Below are positions 39,524-50,862 of a DNA stretch of 64,000 nt, one piece after another. A model generated the notes under the pieces. That model searched no databases. It had not been told where the DNA came from and saw nothing but the letters and a program-made list of their open reading frames with translations. How positions within the stretch are numbered: position 1 is the stretch's first letter; each line of letters begins with the position of its first letter. The position numbers and the translations under genes were made by a program. Source of the stretch: Nemertoderma westbladi (taxonomy: Eukaryota > Animalia > Xenacoelomorpha); contig JAUCBJ010007945.1 of the NCBI GenBank assembly GCA_032718475.1, positions 62,001 through 126,000 of the forward strand, given 5' to 3'.

Positions 39524-42500
39524 ATGTGTTTACTTAAGGACTTATGTTTTATATTTGTTTACCAAGGTGTTTACATAAGAACTTATTTTCTATATTTGTT
39601 TACCTAGGTGTTTACATAAGTACTTATGTTTTATATTTGTTTAACCAGGTGTTTACATAATAACTTATGTTTTATTACATAGGTGTTTACATAAGTGCTT
39701 ATGTTCTATATTTGTTTAACTAGGTGTTTACATAGGTCTTTATGTTCATTATTTGTTTAACTAGGTGTTTACATAAGTACTTATGTTTTATATTTGTTTA
39801 ACTAGGTGTTTACATAGGTCTTTATGTTCATTATTTGTTTAACTAGGTGTTTACATAAGTACTTATGTTCTATATTTGTTTAACTAGGTGTTTACATAGG
39901 TCTTTATGTTCATTATTTGTTTATCTAGGTGTTTACATAAGTACTTATGTTCTATATTTTTTTAACTAGGTGTTTACATAAGTACTTATGTTCTATATTT
40001 GTTTAACTAGGTGTTTACATAGGTCTTTATGTTCATTATTTGTTTAACTAGGTGTTTACATAATAACTTATGTTTTATTACATAGGTGTTTACATAAGTG
40101 CTTATGTTCTATATTTGTTTAACTAGGTGTTTACATAGGTCTTTATGTTCATTATTTGTTTAACTAGGTGTTTACATAATAACTTATGTTTTATTACATA
40201 GGTGTTTACATAAGTGCTTATGTTCTGTATTTGTTTAACTAGGTGTTTACATAGGTCTTTATGTTCATTATTTGTTTAACTAGGTGTTTACATAATAACT
40301 TATGTTTTATTACATAGGTGTTTACATAAGTGCTTATGTTCTATATTTGTTTAACTAGGTGTTTACATAGGTCTTTATGTTCATTATTTGTTTAACTAGG
40401 TGTTTACATAAGTACTTATGTTCTATATTTGTTTAACTAGGTGTTTACATAAGTACTTATGTTCTATATTTGTTTAACCAGGTGTTTACATAGGTCTTTA
40501 TGTTCATTATTTGTTTAACTAGGTGTTTACATAATAACTTATGTTTTATTACATAGGTGTTTACATAAGTGCTTATGTTCTATATTTGTTTAACTAGGTG
40601 TTTACATAGGTCTTTATGTTCATTATTTGTTTAACTAGGTGTTTACATAAGTGCTTATGTTCTATATTTGTTTAACTAGGTGTTTACATAGGTCTTTATG
40701 TTCATTATTTGTTTAACTAGGTGTTTACATAAGTACTTATGTTCTATATTTGTTTTACTAGGTGTTTACATAGGTCTTTATGTTCATTATTTGTTTAACT
40801 AGGTGTTTACATAAGTACTTATGTTCTATATTTGTTTAACTAGGTTTTTACATAGGTCTTTATGTTCATTATTTGTTTAACTAGGTGTTTACATAAGTAC
40901 TTATGTTCTATATTTGTTTAACCAGGTGTTTACATAGTTCTTTATGTTCATTATTTGTTTAACTAGGTGTTTACATAAGTACTTATGTTCTATATTTGTT
41001 TAACTAGGTGTTTACATAAGTACTTATGTTCTATATTTGTTTAACTAGGTGTTTACATAGGTCTTTATGTTCATTATTTGTTTAACTAGGTGTTTACATA
41101 AGTACTTATGTTCTATATTTGTTTAACTAGGTGTTTACATAAGTACTTATGTTCTATATTTGTTTAACCAGGTGTTTACATAGGTCTTTATGTTCATTAT
41201 TTGTTTAACTAGGTGTTTACATAGGTCTTTATGTTCATTATTTGTTTAACTAGGTGTTTACATAAGTACTTATGTTCTATATTTGTTTAACCAGGTGTTT
41301 ACATAGGTCTTTATGTTCATTATTTGTTTAACTAGGTGTTTACATAGGTCTTTATGTTCATTATTTGTTTAACTAGGTGTTTACATAAGTACTTATGTTC
41401 TATATTTGTTTAACCAGGTGTTTACATAGGTCTTTATGTTCATTATTTGTTTTACTAGGTGTTTACATAGGTCTTTATGTTCATTATTTGTTTAACTAGG
41501 TGTTTACATAAGTACTTATGTTCTATATTTGTTTAACTAGGTGTTTACATAGGTCTTTATGTTCATTATTTGTTTAACTAGGTGTTTACATAAGTACTTA
41601 TGTTCTATATTTGTTTAACTAGGTGTTTACATATGTCTTTATGTTCATTATTTGTTTAACTAGGTCTTTACATAAGTACTTATGTTCTATATTTGTTTAA
41701 CTAGGTGTGTTCATATGTCTTTATGTTCATTATTTGTTTAACTAGGTGTTTACATAGGTCTTTATGTTCATTATTTGTTTAACTAGGTGTTTACATAAGT
41801 GCTTATGTTCTATATTTGTTTAACCAGGTGTTTACATAAGTACTTATGTTCTATATTTGTTTAACTAGGTGTTTACATAGGTCTTTATGTTCATTATTTG
41901 TTTAACTATGTGTTTACATAAGTGCTTATGTTCTATATTTGTTTAACCAGGTGTTTACATAGGTCTTTATGTTCATTATTTGTTTAACTAGGTGTTTACA
42001 TAAGTGCTTATGTTCTATATTTGTTTAACCAGGTGTTTACATAGGTCTTTATGTTCATTATTTGTTTAACTAGGTGTTTACATAAGTGCTTATGTTCTAT
42101 ATTTGTTTAACCAGGTGTTTACATAGGTCTTTATGTTCATTATTTGTTTAACTAGGTGTTTACATAAGTACTTATGTTCTATATTTGTTTAACTAGGTGT
42201 TTACATAAGTACTTATGTTCTATATTTGTTTAACCAGGTGTTTACATAGGTCTTTATGTTCATTATTTGTTTAACTAGGTGTTTACATAGGTCTTTATGT
42301 TCATTATTTGTTTAACTAGGTGTTTACATAGGTCTTTATGTTCATTATTTGTTTAACTAGGTGTTTACATAAGTACTTATGTTCTATATTTGTTTAACTA
42401 GGTGTTTACATAGGTCTTTATGTTCTATATTTGTTTAACTAGGTGTTTACATAGGTCTTTATGTTCATTATTTGTTTAACTAGGTGTTTACATAGGTCTT

Positions 42501-43519
42501 TATGTTCATTATTTGTTTAACTAGGTGTTTACATAAGTACTTATGTTCTATATTTGTTTAACCAGGTGTTTACATAGGTCTTTATGTTCATTATTTGTTT
42601 AACTAGGTGTTTACATAGGTCTTTATGTTCATTATTTGTTTAACTAGGTGTTTACATAAGTACTTATGTTCTATATTTGTTTAACCAGGTGTTTACATAA
42701 GTACTTATGTTCTATATTTGTTTAACTAGGTGTTTACATAGGTCTTTATGTTCATTATTTGTTTAACTAGGTGTTTACATAGGTCTTTATGTTCATTATT
42801 TGTTTAACTAGGTGTTTACATAAGTACTTATGTTCTATATTTGTTTAACCAGGTGTTTACATAGGTCTTTATGTTCATTATTTGTTTAACTAGGTGTTTA
42901 CATAGGTCTTTATGTTCATTATTTGTTTATCTAGGTGTTTACATAAGTACTTATGTTCTATATTTGTTTAACCAGGTGTTTACATAGGTCTTTATGTTCA
43001 TTATTTGTTTAACCAGGTGTTTACATAGGTCTTTATGTTCATTATTTGTTTAACTAGGTGTTTACATAAGTACTTATGTTCTATATTTGTTTAACCAGGT
43101 GTTTACATAGGTCTTTATGTTCATTATTTGTTTAACCAGGTGTTTACATAGGTCTTTATGTTCATTATTTGTTTAACTAGGTGTTTACATAAGTACTTAT
43201 GTTCTATATTTGTTTAACTAGGTGTTTACATAGGTCTTTATGTTCATTATTTGTTTAACTAGGTGTTTACATAAGTACTTATGTTCTATATTTGTTTAAC
43301 CAGGTGTTTACATAGGTCTTTATGTTCATTATTTGTTTAACTAGGTGTTTACATAAGTACTTATGTTCTATATTTGTTTAACTAGGTGTTTACATAGGTC
43401 TTTATGTTCATTATTTGTTTAACTAGGTGTTTACATAAGTACTTATGTTCTATATTTGTTTAACCAGGTGTTTACATATGTCTTTATGTTCATTATTTGT
43501 TTATCTAGGTGTTTACATA
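39524..43519. repeat. 41-bp AT-rich minisatellite (two main variants, about 97 units) whose unit is the 3' splice site plus the first 11 exon bases
   Basis: Units AGGTGTTTACATAAGTACTTATGTTCTATATTTGTTTAACT and AGGTGTTTACATAGGTCTTTATGTTCATTATTTGTTTAACT; the last unit overlaps the exon start GTGTTTACATA. Confidence 0.96.
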
Positions 43520-43656
43520 CATGGATTATTTCTGGATGGCGCTGGTTGGGATCGCCGTAATACTAAACTTATTGAATCCACTCCTAAAGTCCTGTTTACT
43601 GTACTTCCAGTGGTACACGTGTACGCAGTCAATCAACCTCCAACCAAAGATGTAAA
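43509..43656 (+). CDS. DNAH5: Dynein heavy chain exon
   Basis: ttatctag|GT...AA|gtgagt; (G)[48 protein letters not shown](K); phase 1/2 fits both neighbours. Confidence 0.93.
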
Positions 43657-46600
43657 GTGAGTATACTGGTATCAGTGAGTATACTGGTATCAGTGAGTAT
43701 ACTGGTATCAGTGAGTATACTGGTATCAGTGAGTATACTGCTATCAGTGAGTATACTGGTATCAGTGAGTATACTGGTATCAGTGAGTATACTGGTATCA
43801 GTGAGTATACTGGTATCAGTGAGTATACTGGTATCAGTGAGTATACTGGTATCAGTGAGTATACTGGTATCAGTGAGTATACCGGTATCAGTGAGTATAC
43901 CGGTATCAGTGAGTATACTGGTATCAGCGAGTATACCGGTATCAGTGAGTATACTGGTATCAGTGAGTATACTGGTATCAGTGAGTATACCGGTATCAGT
44001 GAGTATACCGGTATCAGCGAGTATACCGGTATCAGTGAGTATACCGGTATCAGTGAGTATACCGGTATCAGTGAGTATACCGGTATCAGTGAGTATACTG
44101 GTATCAGTGAGTATACCGGTATCAGTGAGTATACCGGTATCAGTGAGTATACTGGTATCAGTGAGTATACTGGTATCAGTGAGTATACTGGTATTGGTGA
44201 GTATACTGGTATCAGTGAGTATACTGGTATCAGTGAGTATACTGGTATCAGTGAGTATACTGGTATCAGTGAGTATACTGGTATCAGTGAGTATACTGGT
44301 ATCAGTGAGTATACTGGTATCAGTGAGTATACTGGTATCAGTGAGTATACTGGTATCAGATCAGTGAGTATACTGGTATCAGCGAGTATACCGGTATCAG
44401 TGAGTATACCGGTATCAGTGAGTATACCGGTATCAGTGAGTATACCGGTATCAGTGAGTATACTGGTATCAGTGAGTATACTGGTATCAGTGAGTATACT
44501 GGTATCAGTGAGTATACCGGTATCAGTGAGTATACCGGTATCAGCGAGTATACCGGTATCAGTGAGTATACCGGTATCAGTGAGTATACCGGTATCAGTG
44601 AGTATACCGGTATCAGTGAGTATACTGGTATCAGTGAGTATACCGGTATCAGTGAGTATACCGGTATCAGTGAGTATACTGGTATCAGTGAGTATACTGG
44701 TATCAGTGAGTATACTGGTATTGGTGAGTATACTGGTATCAGTGAGTATACTGGTATCAGTGAGTATACTGGTATCAGTGAGTATACTGGTATCAGTGAG
44801 TATACTGGTATCAGTGAGTATACTGGTATCAGTGAGTATACTGGTATCAGTGAGTATACTGGTATCAGTGAGTATACTGGTATCAGATCAGTGAGTATAC
44901 TGGTATCAGCGAGTATACCGGTATCAGTGAGTATACCGGTATCAGTGAGTATACCGGTATCAGTGAGTATACCGGTATCAGTGAGTATACTGGTATCAGT
45001 GAGTATACTGGTATCAGTGAGTATACTGGTATCAGTGAGTATACCGGTATCAGTGAGTATACCGGTATCAGCGAGTATACCGGTATCAGTGAGTATACCG
45101 GTATCAGTGAGTATACCGGTATCAGTGAGTATACCGGTATCAGTGAGTATACTGGTATCAGTGAGTATACTGGTATCAGTGAGTATACTGGTATTGGTGA
45201 GTATACTGGTATCAGTGAGTATACTGGTATCAGTGAGTATACTGGTATCAGTGAGTATACTGGTATCAGTGAGTATACTGGTATTGGTGAGTATACTGGT
45301 ATTGGTGAGTATACTGGTATCAGTGAGTATACTGGTATCAGTGAGTATACTGGTATCAGTGAGTATACTGGTATCAGTGAGTATACTGGTATCAGTGAGT
45401 ATACTGGTATCAGTGAGTATACTGGTATCAGTGAGTATACTGGTATCAGTGAGTATACTGGTATCAGATCAGTGAGTATACTGGTATCAGCGAGTATACC
45501 GGTATCAGTGAGTATACCGGTATCAGTGAGTATACCGGTATCAGTGAGTATACCGGTATCAGTGAGTATACCGGTATCAGTGAGTATACTGGTATCAGTG
45601 AGTATACTGGTATCAGTGAGTATACTGGTATCAGTGAGTATACCGGTATCAGTGAGTATACCGGTATCAGCGAGTATACCGGTATCAGTGAGTATACCGG
45701 TATCAGTGAGTATACCGGTATCAGTGAGTATACCGGTATCAGTGAGTATACTGGTATCAGTGAGTATACCGGTATCAGTGAGTATACTGGTATCAGTGAG
45801 TATACTGGTATTGGTGAGTATACTGGTATCAGTGAGTATACTGGTATCAGTGAGTATACTGGTATCAGTGAGTATACTGGTATTGGTGAGTATACTGGTA
45901 TCAGTGAGTATACTGGTATCAGTGAGTATACCGGTATCAGTGAGTATACTGGTATCAGTGAGTATACTGGTATCAGTGAGTATACTGGTATCAGTGAGTA
46001 TACTGGTATCAGTGAGTATACTGGTATCAGTGAGTATACTGGTATTGGTGAGTATACTGGTATCAGTGAGTATACTGGTATCAGTGAGTATACCGGTATC
46101 AGTGAGTATACTGGTATCAGTGAGTATACTGGTATCAGTGAGTATACTGGTATCAGTGAGTATACTGGTATTGGTGAGTATACTGGTATCAGTGAGTATA
46201 CTGGTATCAGTGAGTATACTGGTATCAGTGAGTATACTGGTATCAGTGAGTATACTGGTATCAGTGAGTATACTGGTATCAGTGAGTATACTGGTATCAG
46301 TGAGTATACTGGTATCAGTGAGTATACTGGTATCAGTGAGTATACTGGTATCAGTGAGTATACTGGTATCAGTGAGTATACTGGTATTGGTGAGTATACT
46401 GGTATCAGTGAGTATACTGGTATCAGTGAGTATACCGGTATCAGTGAGTATACTGGTATCAGTGAGTATACTGGTATCAGTGAGTATACTGGTATCAGTG
46501 AGTATACTGGTATCAGTGAGTATACTGGTATCAGTGAGTATACTGGTATTGGTGAGTATACTGGTATCAGTGAGTATACTGGTATCAGTGAGTATACCGG

Positions 46601-47468
46601 TATCAGTGAGTATACTGGTATCAGTGAGTATACTGGTATCAGTGAGTATACTGGTATCAGTGAGTATACCGGTATCAGTGAGTATACTGGTATCAGTGAG
46701 TATACTGGTATCAGTGAGTATACCGGTATCAGTGAGTATACTGGTATCAGTGAGTATACTGGTATCAGTGAGTATACTGGTATCAGTGAGTATACTGGTA
46801 TCAGTGAGTATACTGGTATCAGTGAGTATACTGGTATCAGTGAGTATACCGGTATCAGTGAGTATACCGGTATCAGTGATTATACTGCTATCAGTGAGTA
46901 TACTGGTATCAGTGAGTATACTGGTATCAGTGAGTATACTGGTATCAGTGAGTATACTGGTATCAGTGAGTATACTGGTATCAGTGAGTATACTGGTATC
47001 AGTGAGTATACCGGTATCAGTGAGTATACCGGTATCAGTGATTATACTGCTATCAGTGAGTATACTGGTATCAGTGAGTATACTGGTATCAGCGAGTATA
47101 CCGGTATCAGTGAGTATACTGGTATTGGTGAGTATACTGGTATCAGTGAGTATACTGGTATCAGTGAGTATACTGGTATCAGTGAGTATACTGGTATTAG
47201 TGAGTATACTGGTATCAGATCAGTGAGTATACTGGTATCAGTGAGTATACTGGTATCAGTGAGTATACTGGTATCAGTGAGTATACTGGTATCAGATCAG
47301 TGAGTATACTGGTATCAGTGAGTATACTGGTATCAGTGAGTATACTGGTATCAGATCAGTGATTATACTGGTATCAGTGAGTATACTGGTATCAGTGAGT
47401 ATACTGGTATCAGTGAGTATACTGGTATCAGTGAGTATACTGGTATCAGTGAGTATACTGGTATCAGT
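43657..47468. repeat. 18-bp minisatellite (GTGAGTATACTGGTATCA), about 210 copies, starting at the first intron base
   Basis: Direct tandem repetition; the unit begins with the GTGAGT donor consensus. Confidence 0.97.
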
Positions 47469-47551
47469 ATTTTCATCCCAATATAGTTGTTTAAGATATA
47501 TATTTAGTAGTTAAATATTTACAATAGGCCTATATATATATATTTGTTTAG

Positions 47552-47687
47552 GTTTTACGAAGGCCCCGTCTATAAGAAACCAAACAGGACGGACTTGACC
47601 TATATATTCCCGCTCATGCTGAAAACGGCTCAACATCCAGACCATTGGATACTAAGGGGCGTGGCTCTACTCTGCGATACGAAGTAA
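47552..47687 (+). CDS. DNAH5: Dynein heavy chain terminal coding exon
   Basis: tttgtttag|G TTT...; [44 protein letters not shown] then TAA; canonical dynein C-terminal W(I/V)LRGVALLC; AATAAA at about 47959. Confidence 0.93.
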
Positions 47688-48094
47688 TGGTTTCCAATAC
47701 TTTGTCTATAATTTATTGTAACTGTAAATATTTTCGTTACATAATATAAATACCATAAACCTTGAACAGCATATAGGCTCCGTTCAGTTCTTACACTATT
47801 TGTTTAATCTTTTTATCATTAGGAAGCCTGTGACTCTGTGACTCTGCTCTGTGACCTCTTACTGCACAATTATATTACAATTACAATTATAGTATCTTTA
47901 ATAATTTGTTTTATTAGCTAGTATAATCTGGAAAATATAAATAATCACTAATTTAATTAATAAATGAACAAATACAATTACCGGTACCGGTATCATTAAT
48001 AATAATTTTTTTAATCATTAGATAATGTAACACTCAAAAAGTGGCAATGCCACACACGTATTGCCTGGCCATTGTCTGTTGTGAGTCGTATTGC

Positions 48095-49062
48095 CTACTA
48101 CTACTACTAGGATCGGCATGCTGCATTGCAGCTGCATTTTTAAGAATGCTGTGCCGGCTTGTCAACAAAATTGCACCGCCACAACTCCCTATCACCCATG
48201 ACATTTGCTAGATCATCCGCATCTTCAAGGCCAGTGTCCTTTAAGATGCGTCTCAAGAAAGTCATGGGATGTCCACCATGCTTATTCACTCCATGAGGCT
48301 GCCAAAGTACAAGATTATGCACTGGCTGGTCCTCACGGCGAAAGCAATGTCCTGCAAAGCGGAGGCGATTTTGTTCTAGTGTCAAGCTTGGGGGAACCAA
48401 TGAGACAACTCCAATGTTATATAGTGTCTGGTTGGAGATGTGTGCATTGTACTTGACACAATGAACCCGGCGTAACATTCTTGTGAATGTACCATCCAGA
48501 GATTCGGTATCCTCTGCAGTTAGAGCCCACCATGGACTCCCATAGAGGAGTACTGGAACTACTGCTGCTCTAAATTATCGGACCTTAAGTTTCCGATTAA
48601 TTCTCGGTGACTTCCAAATCCTGGAAAGCCTATTCAAGGCTGCCCATGCCTTTCCCTAACTTATTCGAAGGTCCTCACCTGACTTCCGGATCCATGATCC
48701 CAGGTAACATAAGTCATCCACATGCTCAAGCATACCATATTTTGATCTTATGCTCATCCGATCAGAGACTTGCTGAGGACTTTCAAAGTTACATGTCAAA
48801 ATTTTGGTCTTTCTGGAGTTAATAAAAAGACCAACACTAGAAGCAGCATGTTCTAATGAGCTGAGGAGCCGTTGGGCTCCCTCTAGTGATTCTGAGAGTA
48901 CTCCTAAGTCATCAGCAAAGTCTAGATCAGTTAGGTACTTGGCAGGATTTCCTCTACTTCTGGAGCCAGTAGGTGGAGTTATCTTCACCCCATCATCATT
49001 ATGATGATCTAAGGACATGCGTATAACATAGTCAACAACAATTATGAACAAGAATGGTGCAA
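48095..49062 (-). mobile_element. Second 5'-truncated copy of the same RTE family as 5392-6832
   Basis: Near-identical sequence and (TAG)n tail; small indels and stops. Confidence 0.92.
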
Positions 49063-49079
49063 CGAGAATGGTGGGAGTC

Positions 49080-49365
49080 GACCTTCCATTATTATCAATG
49101 GTTGTCAAGTTTCCATCAACATTAAAGGTCATGAATTCGGTCTTTGTAGCATTTATATGCAATCCAACCTTCTTAGCAGCCCTCTCCACTTTATTTAGTA
49201 GAAGCTGTGCATCTGCTAGCGTATTAGAGAGCAGGGCGATGTCATCAGCAAAGTCTGTGTCTGTGACTGTAGTTGCCGGATATCTACTAATTCTGCGTTC
49301 TTGAAGTGTGAATCCCAGATCTTCACCCTTTGTGGCCGTCCTCATTGCGTAATCCAGCACAATTA
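49080..49365 (-). mobile_element. RT fragment of a different RTE-clade family
   Basis: LDYAMRTAT...TDTDFADDIALLS...GLHINATKTEFM, divergent from the adjacent copy. Confidence 0.75.
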
Positions 49366-49491
49366 CAAATAGTAATGGTGCTAATGTGTCACCTTGCAGT
49401 ACGCCAGCCAGGATTGAGAAAAACTCAGTTTCATAAATATGTCAGTGGGTGTTTAGGGTTACGGGATATATCGTACATTAGATTACACGAA

Positions 49492-49993
49492 GTGGGGACT
49501 TCGCGCAGCACGAAGTTGGCAGAGCCTTAGCGAATTGACACTGTTAGGGGGTAGGTCAATTTATGCAAATAGTCACGTTGGCCCTCTAGCGGCAGACTGG
49601 AGAACTGCAGATGGATTCGCCTCCTTTGAAAGTCACAGCTAATGGTCTAATACATATCTGCCAAGTTTCAGCTTAAACGGATTAAAAGCAAAGAAATGGG
49701 AGGGCATTTAATGTTTAGACATGTGGCCCTCTAGCGGGAGACCATTGCACTGATGGTGTCTGAAAGTCTCTCAAAAATCTCAACTTTTGCTCATATTGAT
49801 ACCTACAAATTTTCAACTTGGCAGCTTTAAATCCGACAAAGTTATTAGCATATCAAAATCGTAACGACGACGACAACGACGACGACGACGACGACAACGA
49901 CGACGACGACGACGACAACTATTTGCATAAATTGACCCACCCCCTAACAGTGTCAATTCGCTAAGGCTCCGCCAACTTCGTGGCTCGCCCCAC
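49492..49993. mobile_element. MITE-like non-autonomous element with 65-bp inverted repeats and an internal (GAC)n microsatellite
   Basis: 49509-49573 is the reverse complement of 49918-49982 (2 mismatches seen); outer GTGGGG/CCCCAC; (GAC/AAC)n at about 49863-49917. Confidence 0.75.
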
Positions 49994-50004
49994 AGATCTG
50001 GTGC

Positions 50005-50237
50005 TTATATAAAGCTTCGGTAGATAGGAATTGAAGATGATCGCCGGTGGCTGAAAGATAAGCACCTAACTATTTTATTAATTTTAATTCGTAAAGGTAT
50101 TAAGATCGAAGAGTATGTACCTCCCCATACAACTAACCCGTAGTTTATGTAAGCGTAAGGATAGATAAGAGAAAAGAATAGGGTACGCATTATTTGGAGG
50201 GGGAGTAAATGTCTTAGTCTGAAAAAAATGCAACCGG
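50005..50237 (-). mobile_element. CR1/L2-group LINE RT C-terminal fragment, distal half (split by BEL family B)
   Basis: FRLRHLLPSK...RTLFFSLIYPY...YGLVVWGGTY; continues from 63333-63560 across the TSD. Confidence 0.75.
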
Positions 50238-50762
50238 TGTTAGCTTATTCACTCCCGCTAACACCCCATAAAGTTAAGCCGATAAGCAATATTGGGAGCC
50301 ATGAGATTGGGTAATCAATCACTCGTGCCACCCCAATAAGAATGGGAAGGAGAAGCACACAATGAGGGTCAGGGGCCAAACCCCTAACCCAGAGAGAACA
50401 GGTGGAGTGAACGGGAACACTCCAAAGGGCGCCAACAAGGGTATCAACCAATCAGAGGGGGGAAAGGCATCGATTAGGTAGAGTAACAAGGCCAACCGTG
50501 CAATATAGCCACTTGGCAGTAATCATATCAGTTCAGTTATCTCAGTGCAATACTGGTGCTAGTTTAGGTTAGATAGTTTAGCTAGGGAAGGACCGGGACT
50601 TTAGTTACCGTATCCCGCCTTCCGTGTACAACAATCTATATCTATATCTCTATACCGATCATTACATACAACGAACGACACGAACCCATTTACTCTTCAC
50701 ACACGGCTGGGACGCGTGAACTAACAACGGATAAACCGGGATCCCTCCTGGATCCCGTCACA
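50238..50762 (+). repeat. 5' LTR of BEL family B
   Basis: TGTTAG...GTCACA; about 5 substitutions versus the 3' LTR by eye. Confidence 0.96.
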
Positions 50763-50862
50763 GTAACTAAATCGAGCTGCCGCCCTAGTTAAACTGTAAA
50801 ACTAACTAAACCAACTGCTGGCCTAACTAGCTAAACCACCAGCCACCAATCTGCAGAAGGAG

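Noticed and set aside
43657-47226. (VSIL/VSIP)n ORFs
   Set aside because: Translation of the 18-bp array that starts at a splice donor.
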